From the NCBI GenBank assembly GCA_041499745.1, contig JBGQKY010000001.1, positions 1 through 52,540 of the forward strand: a DNA stretch of 52,540 bases, written 5' to 3'. Numbering within the stretch: position 1 is the first letter of the stretch; every line of letters begins with the position of its first letter. Positions 18,647 through 28,252 of the stretch are shown here, in pieces. Under the pieces are notes generated by a model. The model made no database searches, was not told the DNA's origin, and saw nothing but the letters and a program-made list of their open reading frames with translations. This DNA is from Gaiellaceae bacterium (lineage in GTDB: Bacteria > Actinomycetota > Thermoleophilia > Gaiellales > Gaiellaceae). Made by a program: the position numbers and the translations under genes.

Positions 18647-20113
18647 GTGGCTTCCCGCCCGATTTCAGCCCCTGCGCGCACCGTGACCGATGAGGTGATC
18701 GCCGACCGCTACGAGCTCGAGAAGCTCGTGGGACGGGGCGGCATGTCCAGCGTCTACAAAGCGCACGACCGCCTGCTCGAGCGGAACGTTGCGCTGAAGG
18801 TGCTCCATCCGCACTACACCGAGGACGAGGAGTACGTCGCGCGCTTCCGCCACGAGGCCCGCGCTGTCGCGCAGCTCTCGCACCCGCACATCGTCACCGT
18901 GATCGACCGCGGCGAGGACGACGGGCAGCAGTTCATCGTCTTCGAATACATCGACGGCGGGAACCTGAAGCAGCTCGTCGAGCGCACCGGTCCGCTGCCG
19001 GCCCGCCAAGCGGTCGAGCTCGCGCTCGAGATCGCCGACGCCCTCGCGTTCGCGCACGCGAACGGAATCGTGCACCGCGACGTGAAGCCGCAGAACGTGA
19101 TGCTGACGCCGGACGGCAACGCGAAGGTCACCGACTTCGGCATCGCGCGCTCGCTCGACGTCGACCGGGGCGTCACGCAGACGGGAACGGTCCTCGGAAC
19201 GAGCAACTACCTCTCGCCCGAGCAGGCCGGCGGCAAGCCGACGACGCCGTCCACCGACGTCTACTCGCTCGGGATCGTGCTCTACGAGCTGCTGACCGGT
19301 GAAGTGCCGTTCCCCGGCGAGAACTTCGTCGCCGTCGCGATGAGGCACATCAACGAGCCGCCGCCGGACCTGCTCGAGAAGCGTCCGGACGTCCCACTGC
19401 GGCTCGCCGCCGCAGTCGAGCGCGCGCTTGCGAAAGACCCGGCAGATCGCTTCGACTCGATGGACGAGTTCGCCTGGGAGCTGCGGCAGTGCCTCGCGGA
19501 GCTCGGCAGCGCCGACACACAGCCCACATTCATCGCGCCGAGCCCGGTGCTCAGGCAGAGTCGCCCCGACCGCGCGCGCCCGCCGCTGCGCCGCTGGCCG
19601 CTCTACGTGTCGCTCGTCGCGCTGCTCGCGGCGGGGGCGATCGTCGCCGGGATCGTCGGGCTGGGCGGCTCGGACGGCAAGAAGGCGGAGGGTACCCCGG
19701 CAGCCGGCGGGTCGATCGCGTTGAGTGGAGTCGGCGCCTACGACCCGCAGGGAGGCGACGGTGAGCACGACTCGAAGGCGCCACTCGCAACGGACGGCAA
19801 CCCCGCGACGTACTGGGACACCGAGCACTACCGGACGTTCTCGAAGCCGGGAGTCGGCGTCGTCGTCGACGCCGGCAAGAGTGTCGTCCCGAAGCAGGTG
19901 ACCGTCGCCTCGGATACGCCGGGGTTTACCGCGCAGATCCAGGCCGGCAGCTCGGCGACGGGCCCGTTCGCACCCGCCTCGGCGAGCAAGACCGCCGGGA
20001 GCCACACGACGTTCACGCTGAACGGCACGCCCGCGCGCTACTACGTCGTCTGGATCACCAAGCTCGGGCCGAACAGCTCCGTGCACGTGAACGAGGTCAA
20101 GGCCCGCTCCTAA
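18647..20113 (+). CDS. Ser/Thr protein kinase with one TM segment and a discoidin (F5/8 type C)-like extracellular domain
   Basis: GRGGMSSVYKA, HRDVKPQNVML, DFGIAR. TM segment WPLYVSLVALLAAGAIVAGIV. C-terminal ..ATDGNPATYWDTEHY..ARYYVVWIT. Confidence 0.8.
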   Translation: MASRPISAPARTVTDEVIADRYELEKLVGRGGMSSVYKAHDRLLERNVALKVLHPHYTEDEEYVARFRHEARAVAQLSHPHIVTVIDRGEDDGQQFIVFEYIDGGNLKQLVERTGPLPARQAVELALEIADALAFAHANGIVHRDVKPQNVMLTPDGNAKVTDFGIARSLDVDRGVTQTGTVLGTSNYLSPEQAGGKPTTPSTDVYSLGIVLYELLTGEVPFPGENFVAVAMRHINEPPPDLLEKRPDVPLRLAAAVERALAKDPADRFDSMDEFAWELRQCLAELGSADTQPTFIAPSPVLRQSRPDRARPPLRRWPLYVSLVALLAAGAIVAGIVGLGGSDGKKAEGTPAAGGSIALSGVGAYDPQGGDGEHDSKAPLATDGNPATYWDTEHYRTFSKPGVGVVVDAGKSVVPKQVTVASDTPGFTAQIQAGSSATGPFAPASASKTAGSHTTFTLNGTPARYYVVWITKLGPNSSVHVNEVKARS

Positions 20114-21159
20114 TATTCAAGCGACGAGCGGCGCTCGTGCCGCTCGAGCGCGAGCTGGATCAGCCGGTCGACGAGCTCGCGGTAGGGCACGCCGGAGGCC
20201 GCGAAGAGCTTCGCGTAGACACTCGTCGAGGTGAACCCCGGCATCGTGTTCAGCTCGTTCACGACCACCTCGCCGTCGCTTTCGCGGACGAAGAAGTCGA
20301 CGCGTGCCAGTCCCTCGCACTCGCACGCGACGAACGCGTCGACCGATCGCTGCTGCACGAGCTCGATCGTCTCCTGCGGCAGCTCGGGCGGAATGATCAG
20401 CTCCATCCCGTCCTCGTCGTACTTGGACGCGAAGTCGTACCACTCGTGGTCGAGTGTGTCGATGCGGCCCGGTAGCGACGCGATCGGCGGCGGCACGCGG
20501 TTGCCGAGCACGCCGCACTCGACCTCCATGCCGGCGACGAATTCCTCGACGAGCACCTTCTCGTCGTGGCGGCGCGCGAGCGCGACCGCCGGCTCGAGCT
20601 CCGGCTCGTCGTGCACCTTCGAGATGCCGACGGACGAGCCGAGGCGCGCCGGCTTCACGAACACCGGATAGCCGAACGGGTTCTCGACCGGATCGCCGAG
20701 CCGGATCGCGTGATGGCGGGCGACGGGGACGCCGCTGTCGCGCAGAACCTTCTTGAAGAGGTCCTTGTCCATCGCGAGCGCGGAGGCCGCGACCCCGGCG
20801 CCCACATACGGAATGTCGGCGAGCTCGAGCAGTCCCTGCACCGTCCCGTCCTCGCCGAACGGCCCGTGCAGGATCGGCAGGACGACGTCGACAGCGCCGA
20901 GCGCCGCAAGCGTTCCGCTCTCGGCCGGAACCGGCAGCGTCTCCGCAGCACCCTTCTCCTCGCTAGTGACAAGTTGTTGCAAGGCGGGGTCCGGGGCTGG
21001 CTCGAGCGCCCAGCGGCCGTCGCGCGCGATCGCGACGCTCACGACTTCGTACCGCTCCGGGTCGAGCGCCTCGAGCACCGAGCGGGCGGACGCAAGCGAG
21101 ATGTCGTGCTCGCTCGAGCGGCCGCCGGCAAGCAGGGCGACGCGTAAGCGGCGGGTCAC
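20110..21159 (-). CDS. ddl: D-alanine--D-alanine ligase
   Basis: LLAGGRSSEHDISL..LPILHGPFGEDGTVQGLLELADIPYVG..VFVKPARLGSSVGISKV..ELNTMPGFT. The GTG start overlaps the pknB stop (GTGA). Confidence 0.85.
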   Translation of the reverse strand: MTRRLRVALLAGGRSSEHDISLASARSVLEALDPERYEVVSVAIARDGRWALEPAPDPALQQLVTSEEKGAAETLPVPAESGTLAALGAVDVVLPILHGPFGEDGTVQGLLELADIPYVGAGVAASALAMDKDLFKKVLRDSGVPVARHHAIRLGDPVENPFGYPVFVKPARLGSSVGISKVHDEPELEPAVALARRHDEKVLVEEFVAGMEVECGVLGNRVPPPIASLPGRIDTLDHEWYDFASKYDEDGMELIIPPELPQETIELVQQRSVDAFVACECEGLARVDFFVRESDGEVVVNELNTMPGFTSTSVYAKLFAASGVPYRELVDRLIQLALERHERRSSLEY

Positions 21160-23102
21160 TGGGTCGGGGCCGTCGTCGTCGTCGGCGCGGTGGTCGTGCC
21201 GGCGTTGCGGCCGACCGTGAGCGTGATCGTGCTCTTCGGCGGCGCCTGGGTCCCGCCAAGCGGGGTCTGCTGGAGGACGACGCCGTCCGAGTTCGGGTCG
21301 GTGACGTCCTGGAAGATGACGGCATAGCGGAAGCCGGACGCGCGCAGCTGGTCCTCTGCCGACGTGAGATCGATGCTGCTCACGTCCGGCACGGTCGAGG
21401 TCTTCGGCCCCTTCGAGACGGTGATGCTCACCGTCGTGCCCTTGCCGGCCGACTCGCCGCCGGCCGGGGTCTGGTCGATCACCGTGTTCGCCGGCTCGTT
21501 GCTTTCGACGAAGCGCGGGCTGACCTTGAAGCCGGCCGCCTGGAGCACCGAGGTCGCCTGCTCGTTCGCCTCGCCGACGACGCTCGGCACGAGGACCGGC
21601 TGCGGGCCCTTCGAGACGTTGATGCGCACCTTCTCGCCGACGGTCAGCTTCGTGCCCTGCGGCGGATCCTGGGCGGTGACCTCGCCGGCCGGCTTGGACG
21701 ACGGCACCTCGTGCAGGTCGGGCTTAAGCCGGAGGCGCGTGAGCGCGGCGACTGCATCGGTCGAGCTCTGGCCGACGAGGCTCGGCACCTCGGCCTTCGG
21801 CAGGCCCGTCGAGACCCAGATGTGTACGTCGCTCCCCTTGGGCCGGCGCTCGCCTGCCGTCGGCGACTGCCGGTACACGAGACCTGCATCGGTCGTGCGG
21901 CTCGAGTGATGGTCGACGACCGGCGCGAAGCCGTCGGCGGTGATCTTGTTGCGCGCCTCGCGCTCGGGCATGTTCACGTAGAACTCGACGGCGACCGGCT
22001 TCGTCGAGTTGAGCTTGTCGGAGATCTGGCTGTAGAGGAGCCAGCCGCCGATGCCGGCCGCGAGCACGAAGATCAGCGCCGCAACCCACGGCCAGACGGG
22101 CCGCCGGCGAATCGGCTCCTCGAGGTCGTAGTAGACCGGCGGCGGCGGCGGCGGCAGGTGCGCCGATCGCCTCGGCGGCGAGATCATGGTCGCCGCAGTG
22201 GCGGCGAACGGCTGCGCCGGCGCGCGCATGATCTGCGTCGCGGACTCCTCCGTCTCGGGCGACACCGCCGCGCCGCGAGCGAAGCGCTCGAGATCCGCGT
22301 CCATCTCTTCCGCGTTCTGGTAGCGCTCGGCCGGATCCTTCGCGAGGGCACGCGTCACGATCAGGTCGAGGTCGCGCGGAATCTCGGGCCGCTTGGCCGA
22401 CGGAGCCTCGGGCACGGTCGAGAGATGCTTCATCGCGATCTCGACCGGCGTGTCGCCGGTGAACGGCAGCGTTCCCGTCAGGAGCTCGTACAGGACGATG
22501 CCGAGCGAGTAGAGGTCGGAACGCTGGTCGACGTCGGTGCCGCGCGCCTGCTCGGGCGAGAGGTATTGCGCAGTGCCGACGATCGAGCCGGCCTCGGTCA
22601 TCTCCGACGTACCGGCGCGCGCGATGCCGAAGTCCGTCACCTTGACCCGGCCCTCCGAGTCGACGAGCACGTTGTGCGGCTTGATGTCGCGATGCACGAT
22701 GCCGTGCCGGTGGGCGAAGCGGAGCGCACCGAGGATCTGCCGCGCATACTCGACCGAGACGGCGATCGGCGCCGGTCCGCGCTGGACGATCAGCTCCTTC
22801 AACGACCGGCCCTCGAGGAACTCCATCGCGATGTAGTAGGTGCCCTCGGCCTCGCCGCGGTCGTAGATCGAGACGATGTTCGGGTGCGAGAGCGCCGCCG
22901 CATTCTTCGCCTCGCGCCGGAAGCGCTCGACGAACTGCTCGTCGTTCGCATGACGGTCGTTCAGGATCTTGATCGCGACCCGCCGGCCGAGCTCCTGGTC
23001 CTCGGCGAGGTAGACGTTCGCCATCCCGCCGGCGCCGAGCTTGCGCACGACCTGGTAGCGACCGTCGAAAAGCGTTCCGATGAGCGTGTCCGAGACGGCC
23101 AC
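21156..23102 (-). CDS. pknB: Ser/Thr protein kinase PknB with extracellular PASTA repeats
   Basis: GAGGMANVYLA, HRDIKPHNVLV, DFGIARA, one TM segment, then repeated PASTA-like units (..VPSLVGQSSTDAVAAL.., ..VPSVVGEANEQATSVL.., ..VPDVSSIDLTSAEDQL..). Confidence 0.85.
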   Translation of the reverse strand: MAVSDTLIGTLFDGRYQVVRKLGAGGMANVYLAEDQELGRRVAIKILNDRHANDEQFVERFRREAKNAAALSHPNIVSIYDRGEAEGTYYIAMEFLEGRSLKELIVQRGPAPIAVSVEYARQILGALRFAHRHGIVHRDIKPHNVLVDSEGRVKVTDFGIARAGTSEMTEAGSIVGTAQYLSPEQARGTDVDQRSDLYSLGIVLYELLTGTLPFTGDTPVEIAMKHLSTVPEAPSAKRPEIPRDLDLIVTRALAKDPAERYQNAEEMDADLERFARGAAVSPETEESATQIMRAPAQPFAATAATMISPPRRSAHLPPPPPPVYYDLEEPIRRRPVWPWVAALIFVLAAGIGGWLLYSQISDKLNSTKPVAVEFYVNMPEREARNKITADGFAPVVDHHSSRTTDAGLVYRQSPTAGERRPKGSDVHIWVSTGLPKAEVPSLVGQSSTDAVAALTRLRLKPDLHEVPSSKPAGEVTAQDPPQGTKLTVGEKVRINVSKGPQPVLVPSVVGEANEQATSVLQAAGFKVSPRFVESNEPANTVIDQTPAGGESAGKGTTVSITVSKGPKTSTVPDVSSIDLTSAEDQLRASGFRYAVIFQDVTDPNSDGVVLQQTPLGGTQAPPKSTITLTVGRNAGTTTAPTTTTAPTQ

Positions 23103-23129
23103 TTGGGGTCCTTAAGGGTAGTCCGCGCC

Positions 23130-24617
23130 TCAGCGGGCCAGCAGGGCCTCCATGACCTGCTTGGCGATCGGAGCCGAAACGACGCCGCCGAAGCCGTTCA
23201 GCTGCTTCTCCAGCACGACGGCGATCGCGACTTGCGGATTGTCGGCGGGCGCGAAGCAGACGAACCAGGCGGTGTACACGCCGTTGACCCCGGTCTCTGC
23301 CGTGCCCGTCTTCCCGGCGACCTGGATGCCCGGGATCTGCGCTGCGGTGCCGGTACCGCTCTGGACGGCGGCGACCATCATCGTCGTCAGGTCGGCGGCA
23401 GTCTGCGGCTTGATCGCGCGACGGAGATTCGCCGGCTTCGTGGAGCGCACGGTCGATCCGTCGGGCGCGAGGATCTTCTGCACGAGGTACGGTTTCGGCA
23501 CGACGCCCCCGTTGCCTACCGCCGAGGCGACCATCGCCATCTGGAGCGGCGTCGCGAGCATCGTCCACTGGCCGAACGCGAGCCGGCCCGGATCCGCCTT
23601 CGAGGCGTTGTCGTCGAGCTTGTGGGTCTTCTGGGTGTACATCCCGCTCGGTGCGCGTTCGTTCGCGGGCGTCTCGAGCGGCGGCGTCCGGTAGAAGCCG
23701 AACTTCTTCGCGTAGGCGATGATCGTCTTCGCACCGATCTTCTGGCCGATGTTGCAGAAGACCGAGTTGATCGAGTGCTCGAACCCCGTGACGAAGTCGA
23801 CCTTCCCGAACGTCTCAGGGCCGGTTTCGGGGTTACCCGCGTTCGACACCTTCTGGCCGTACTCGGTGCAGTAACCCGGATCGATGAACGTGGACGTCGG
23901 CTTGAACGCGCCGGTGTCGAGCGCGGCGGCGGCGGTGATGATCTTGAAGGTCGACCCCGGCGTGAAGAGCCCCTGCGTCGCGCGATTCAGGAGCGCCGAA
24001 GCGCCCCCGCACACGCCTCGGATCTTCAGCACCTTCGCGAAGCCGCCCGGCTTGTCGATCAGATTCGGGTCGTAGGTCGGTGACGACGCCATCACGTAGA
24101 CGGCGCCGGTGTGCGGATTCATCGCGACGACCGCGCCGCAACGGTCGCCGAGCAGCTGCTGCGCAAGACGCTGCGCCTTCGGGCGGATCGTGAGCACGAG
24201 GTTGTTCCCGTGCACCGTGGCGCTGCCGAGCCGGTCGATGATCGACTTGAAGGCGTTCGAGAGGCTCGTGTTGGCGCCGGTCAGGTAGTCGTTCATCGAG
24301 CGCTCGAGCCCCGCCTGCGAGCGGGATGCCGTCGAGTAGCCGACGGTCTGGGCGGCGAGGCCATGCTGCGGGTAGCGGCGGTAGTAGAGCGTCTGGCCGC
24401 CGCGGTGCCGTTTGACGTTCGTCGCCAACACCGGCTTCTTGCCGAACCCCTCGATGAGACCGCGCGCGATCGAGAACTGGACGACGCGTTCGATCGCGTT
24501 GTCCTGGCGGTCCTGGAGCCCGGCCGCCGCCCAGGTCTGCCAGTACGTCGTCGCAACGACGAGCACCCCCATCAGAGCCATCGCGACGAGCGCGAGCCGG
24601 GTCAACTGCCGGTTCAT
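23130..24617 (-). CDS. pbpA: Penicillin-binding protein A (class B transpeptidase)
   Basis: STFK active site (GSTFKIITAAAAL), SIN (HSINSVF), KTGT (AGKTGTAE). ATGA overlap with rodA. Confidence 0.85.
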   Translation of the reverse strand: MNRQLTRLALVAMALMGVLVVATTYWQTWAAAGLQDRQDNAIERVVQFSIARGLIEGFGKKPVLATNVKRHRGGQTLYYRRYPQHGLAAQTVGYSTASRSQAGLERSMNDYLTGANTSLSNAFKSIIDRLGSATVHGNNLVLTIRPKAQRLAQQLLGDRCGAVVAMNPHTGAVYVMASSPTYDPNLIDKPGGFAKVLKIRGVCGGASALLNRATQGLFTPGSTFKIITAAAALDTGAFKPTSTFIDPGYCTEYGQKVSNAGNPETGPETFGKVDFVTGFEHSINSVFCNIGQKIGAKTIIAYAKKFGFYRTPPLETPANERAPSGMYTQKTHKLDDNASKADPGRLAFGQWTMLATPLQMAMVASAVGNGGVVPKPYLVQKILAPDGSTVRSTKPANLRRAIKPQTAADLTTMMVAAVQSGTGTAAQIPGIQVAGKTGTAETGVNGVYTAWFVCFAPADNPQVAIAVVLEKQLNGFGGVVSAPIAKQVMEALLAR

Positions 24618-25933
24618 CGCGCGCCCTCGAGCTCCGCGTTCGCGCGATTGGAGACGAGCATCAGCCCGGACAGCACCAGGAAGTTCGCAACGATGCTCGA
24701 GCCGCCGTACGACACGAGCGGAAGCGTGATGCCGGTGAGCGGGATCACGCGCAGGATGCCGCCGACGATGATGAACGTCTGGAGCGCGAAACCGAACGTC
24801 AGTCCCGCGGCGAGCAGCTTCGAGAAGCCGTCACCCGCGAAGAGCGAGATGCGGAAGCCGCGCAGGACGAACACCATGTAGAGCAGCAGGAGCCCGGCCG
24901 CGCCGATCAGCCCGAGCTCCTGCGCAAGCGCGGAGTAGATGAAGTCGGTATTGAGGAACGGGATGATCTGGTGGCCCGACGCGGTCGTGAAGACGCCCTT
25001 GCCGAGGCCCGTCCCGCCCATCTGCCCGTGGGCGATCGAGTAGAGGGATTGCACCTCCTGGTAGCTCTGGCAGTCCTGACGAAACGCGGGCTGCCCGGAG
25101 AGCGGACAGAAGACCTTGTGATCGGTCCACGGCTGGATCCAGTTCTGCACGCGCTCCCGCACGTGCGGCGTCCCCTGGTACACCGCGACGGCGCCGGCGA
25201 GGAAGAGGCCGAGCCCGGCGGCGACGAACGCGATTCGCGCGGTCGCCGCATACAGCATCCCGAGAAAGATCCCGTAGAAGAGGAGGCCGCTGCCGAGATC
25301 GTCGGTGACGAACAGGATCATCATCGCCGCGCCCCAGATGACGAGCAGCGGTCCCCAGTCCTTCACGCGACCGGCGGCGAGCACCTCGCGCTTCTCGCGC
25401 AGGTATGCGGCGAGAAAGACGATCAGCGCGATCTTGCCGAGCTCGCCCGGCTGGAAGCGCAGCGAGCCGAAGTGCACCCACAGCCGCGCGCCGTTCACGC
25501 GCAGGCCGATCACGGGCAGCAGCGGCATGAAGAGCAGCCCGAGCGCACCGAGACCGAACAGGTACTTGTAGTTCTCGAGCAGGCGATAGTCGCGGCGGAG
25601 CGCAAGAAGTGTGAAGGCAAACACGGCGACGCCGACGACGATCCACGTCGCCTGCCTGAACGCGTCGCTCGGCCCGAGCCGGTAGATCTCCGTCAGGCCG
25701 ATCGCCGTCAGCAGCGCCGCGATCGGAAGCACGTACGGATCTGCGTGCGGCACGGTGAGCCGCGCGACGACGTGCGCTGCGACGTAAAGCGCGAAGAAGA
25801 ACCCTGCATATGTGAGCGAGGCGCCGGAGATGTGACTGCTGCCGGCGATGTAGACGGCGGCGAAGCCGATCGCCGTCAGGAGGCCGACGGCGAGAAGATA
25901 CGCGAGCTCGCGGTTCCGGTTGCTCAGCCTCAG
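24614..25933 (-). CDS. rodA: SEDS-family peptidoglycan polymerase RodA/FtsW
   Basis: The track ORF starts at GTG 25753. However, the in-frame upstream translation SLRLSNRNRELAYLLAVGLLTAIGFAAVYIAGSSHISGASLTYAGFFFALYVAAHVVARLT- encodes the family's first two TM helices, with no ATG/GTG/TTG before the upstream stop (26027-26029). I propose a CTG start at 25933, overlapping the pstP TGA (CTGA). Confidence 0.7.
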   Translation of the reverse strand: MRLSNRNRELAYLLAVGLLTAIGFAAVYIAGSSHISGASLTYAGFFFALYVAAHVVARLTVPHADPYVLPIAALLTAIGLTEIYRLGPSDAFRQATWIVVGVAVFAFTLLALRRDYRLLENYKYLFGLGALGLLFMPLLPVIGLRVNGARLWVHFGSLRFQPGELGKIALIVFLAAYLREKREVLAAGRVKDWGPLLVIWGAAMMILFVTDDLGSGLLFYGIFLGMLYAATARIAFVAAGLGLFLAGAVAVYQGTPHVRERVQNWIQPWTDHKVFCPLSGQPAFRQDCQSYQEVQSLYSIAHGQMGGTGLGKGVFTTASGHQIIPFLNTDFIYSALAQELGLIGAAGLLLLYMVFVLRGFRISLFAGDGFSKLLAAGLTFGFALQTFIIVGGILRVIPLTGITLPLVSYGGSSIVANFLVLSGLMLVSNRANAELEGAR

Positions 25934-26907
25934 CGAAGAAGCCCCCAGACGAGCAGCACCGCCGCGATCCCCAACAGGGCGAGCATCGTCAGGACGAGCC
26001 GGACACGCGCCGCCGGGCTGATCGGCTCACGCCGCGTCACGGCCTCCGCCTCGGGAGAGCCCGGCTCGACGAACACGTGCTCGACCTCTTCGGGCCGGAC
26101 GACCATCGTGTCGACGGTGGGCGCCGGCACGAGCACGCCTTCGAGCGTGTCCTCGTCGGGGTCCTGAGCGGGCATGCTGAGCGTCTCGTCGCCACCGGCC
26201 GCGATCGTGAACGCGATGACCGTGATGTTGTCCTCGCCGCCGCCGCGGTTCGCGGCGGAGATGAGCGACTTCGTCGCGCGGTCGAGATCGTCGCGATGGC
26301 GCTCCACGGTGTCGAGAATGTCGTCGTCGCGCACCATGTCCGTCAGGCCGTCCGAGCAGAGCAGGAAGACGTCGCCCTCGCGCGCACTGACGATGAACGC
26401 GTCGACGTCGACGTCGGGGTCCGTTCCCACCGCGCGGGTGATGACCGAGCGCTGCGGGTGCGTCTCGGCCTCCTGCGCCGAGAGCTTTCCGGTCTTCAGC
26501 AGCTCGTTCACCAGCGAGTGATCCTCGGTCAGCTGCTCGAGGGTCCCGTCGCGCACGAGATACGCGCGCGAGTCGCCGACGTGGCCGATCGTCACCTCGG
26601 TGCCCTCCACGAGCGCGACGGTCATCGTCGTGCCCATCCCCGACGTCGAGGGGTCGGCATGGGCGCGCTCGTAGACGCGGCGGTTCGCCTCCTGGATGAG
26701 CGACGTCACCTTCTCGGGCCCCGAGAGCGCGCCGGGATCGGTCTCCTCGAGCGCGGCAGCGGCGAGCTTCGACGCGACCTCGCCTGCCTGCGCGCCGCCC
26801 ATCCCGTCGGCGACGGCGAAGAGCGGCGGCGCGACGACGTACGAGTCCTCGTTCCGGCGGCGCTTCTTGCCGGTGTCGCTCGCCCGGGCGTAGGCTCCGA
26901 CCGTCAT
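25930..26907 (-). CDS. pstP: PP2C-family Ser/Thr phosphatase with C-terminal TM anchor
   Basis: ATG at 26907 (ATGA overlap with fhaB). ..RRRNEDSYVV..FAVADGMGGAQAGEVAS..LLCSDGLTD..GGGEDNITVI. TM segment at the C-terminus. Confidence 0.85.
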   Translation of the reverse strand: MTVGAYARASDTGKKRRRNEDSYVVAPPLFAVADGMGGAQAGEVASKLAAAALEETDPGALSGPEKVTSLIQEANRRVYERAHADPSTSGMGTTMTVALVEGTEVTIGHVGDSRAYLVRDGTLEQLTEDHSLVNELLKTGKLSAQEAETHPQRSVITRAVGTDPDVDVDAFIVSAREGDVFLLCSDGLTDMVRDDDILDTVERHRDDLDRATKSLISAANRGGGEDNITVIAFTIAAGGDETLSMPAQDPDEDTLEGVLVPAPTVDTMVVRPEEVEHVFVEPGSPEAEAVTRREPISPAARVRLVLTMLALLGIAAVLLVWGLLR

Positions 26908-27383
26908 TCCTCGTACCTCAGCTCCGTCTCGCCGACGCGCACGACGTCGCCCGGGACGAGCTTGTGCGGACGGTCGATCCGAGCGCCGTTCACGTGGGTG
27001 CCGTTCGTGGAGCCGAGATCGTGCACCCACACGCCGTCGCGGCGAGGCTCGATGCGAACGTGGCGCGCCGACGCGAACTCGTCGCCTTCGATCGAGACGT
27101 CGTTTCTCCCGCCCCGCCCGATCGTGAGTGCCGACGAGTCGAGCTCGTACTCCTCACCCACGACGAGCACGGCACTCTGCACCACGACGAGGCGGCCGGG
27201 ATGGACCGCCTGGGCGATCCCGCCGCCGGCGAGCGCGGGGCGAAGGACGAAGCTCTCTTGCGGCAGGCGCAGCTCGTGCGCCGCGGTGCGCACGATGCGC
27301 CAGATGAAGAGATAGAGCAGGACGAGGAACGCGAGCTTCAGCGCGAGGAGCGTGGTCTCGTACGTCGTGCTCGCGAGCGTCAT
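26904..27383 (-). CDS. fhaB: FHA-domain protein (FhaB/FipA-like) with N-terminal TM
   Basis: N-terminal TM LLALKLAFLVLLYLFIW. FHA domain: TIGRGGRNDVSIEGDEFASARHVRIE..VWVHDLGSTNGTHVNG. Confidence 0.8.
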   Translation of the reverse strand: MTLASTTYETTLLALKLAFLVLLYLFIWRIVRTAAHELRLPQESFVLRPALAGGGIAQAVHPGRLVVVQSAVLVVGEEYELDSSALTIGRGGRNDVSIEGDEFASARHVRIEPRRDGVWVHDLGSTNGTHVNGARIDRPHKLVPGDVVRVGETELRYEE

Positions 27384-27440
27384 GCCCGCTCCAGCGCCGG
27401 CAAAGCCGGCGCCTCCGCTACTTGACGTGCTACGTCGAGC

Positions 27441-28220
27441 CTACACACGTTCGAGCTCCGTCGAGAAGGTGAGATCGGTGGAGCCGACGGTGAAGATGTC
27501 GCCGGGGTCGAGCTTCGCGCGCTTGACGCGGCGTCCGTTCACCTCGATGCCGTTCGTCGAGTCGAGGTCGACGATCCAGTAGGTCGAGCCCTCCTGCCGG
27601 AGCTCCGCGTGCCGCCGCGAGACGTTCGGATCCTCGACCTGGATGTCGCACTCGCGTGACCGGCCGAGCACCACGCGGCGCTTGTCGACACGCAGCGTCT
27701 TCCCCTCCCAGGAGAGGACGGCGACCTCACGGTCGACGCCGGGCTCCTCGTCCGATCCGATGTCGGTCGCCGGCGGCGGCGTTTTCGGCTTGTAGATCAT
27801 CGTCGCGCCCGGCTCGACCTGTTCTGCCGGCTCGTCGGCGACTTTGCCGCGCCGCGGTTGCACCATCCGCGTCGCGATGCCGAACTCTCCGACCGCGAGG
27901 TCGTCGTCGGTCTCGAGCAGGACGTTCGGCGGCGTCAGCAGTGCGTAGCTCTCACGCCTCGCATGTTCCGACAGGTACTCCGCGAGCTCGGAGATGAGAG
28001 AATCCTCATAGTCTGCGAACTGCTCACGGTCGGCGCCGGAGAGGTACAGCGTGTACTCGTTCGGGACGTAGACGCGCGAGACGGAGACCGTACGATGGTC
28101 GTCCATTTCCTTCGCGAGCTTGCGCGCGAGCTCGACAGGCTGCACGTTCGTGCGGAATGCGCGCCCGAAGACGCCCTCGAACAACGCTTCGATCTTCTGC
28201 TCGATTGCCCTGAGGACCAT
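27441..28220 (-). CDS. fhaA: FhaA-like protein (DUF3662 N-domain plus C-terminal FHA)
   Basis: MVLRAIEQKIEALFEGVFGRAFRTNVQPVELARKLAKEMD.. then FHA: LGRSRECDIQVEDPNVSRRHAEL..YWIVDLDSTNGIEVNG. Confidence 0.85.
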   Translation of the reverse strand: MVLRAIEQKIEALFEGVFGRAFRTNVQPVELARKLAKEMDDHRTVSVSRVYVPNEYTLYLSGADREQFADYEDSLISELAEYLSEHARRESYALLTPPNVLLETDDDLAVGEFGIATRMVQPRRGKVADEPAEQVEPGATMIYKPKTPPPATDIGSDEEPGVDREVAVLSWEGKTLRVDKRRVVLGRSRECDIQVEDPNVSRRHAELRQEGSTYWIVDLDSTNGIEVNGRRVKRAKLDPGDIFTVGSTDLTFSTELERV

Positions 28221-28252
28221 AGGTGCGGGAGGACATTACCCCCGGGCGGCTG

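Noticed and set aside
21711-24083. Very long ORFs antisense to or out of frame with real genes. Examples: 193-1815 (540 aa), 6380-7855, 7810-9141, 18665-20086, 21711-24083 (790 aa), 21724-23568, 24971-26167, 26077-27315, 29864-31672 (602 aa), 34828-37194 (788 aa), 37776-39650 (624 aa), 44699-46489 (596 aa), 44878-46536, 47094-49016 (640 aa).
   Set aside because: They are Arg/Ala/Gly/Pro/Asp-rich with no recognisable motifs. Each overlaps a gene on the other strand or frame that has clear family signatures. These are typical stop-codon-poor shadow ORFs of a ~70% GC genome.
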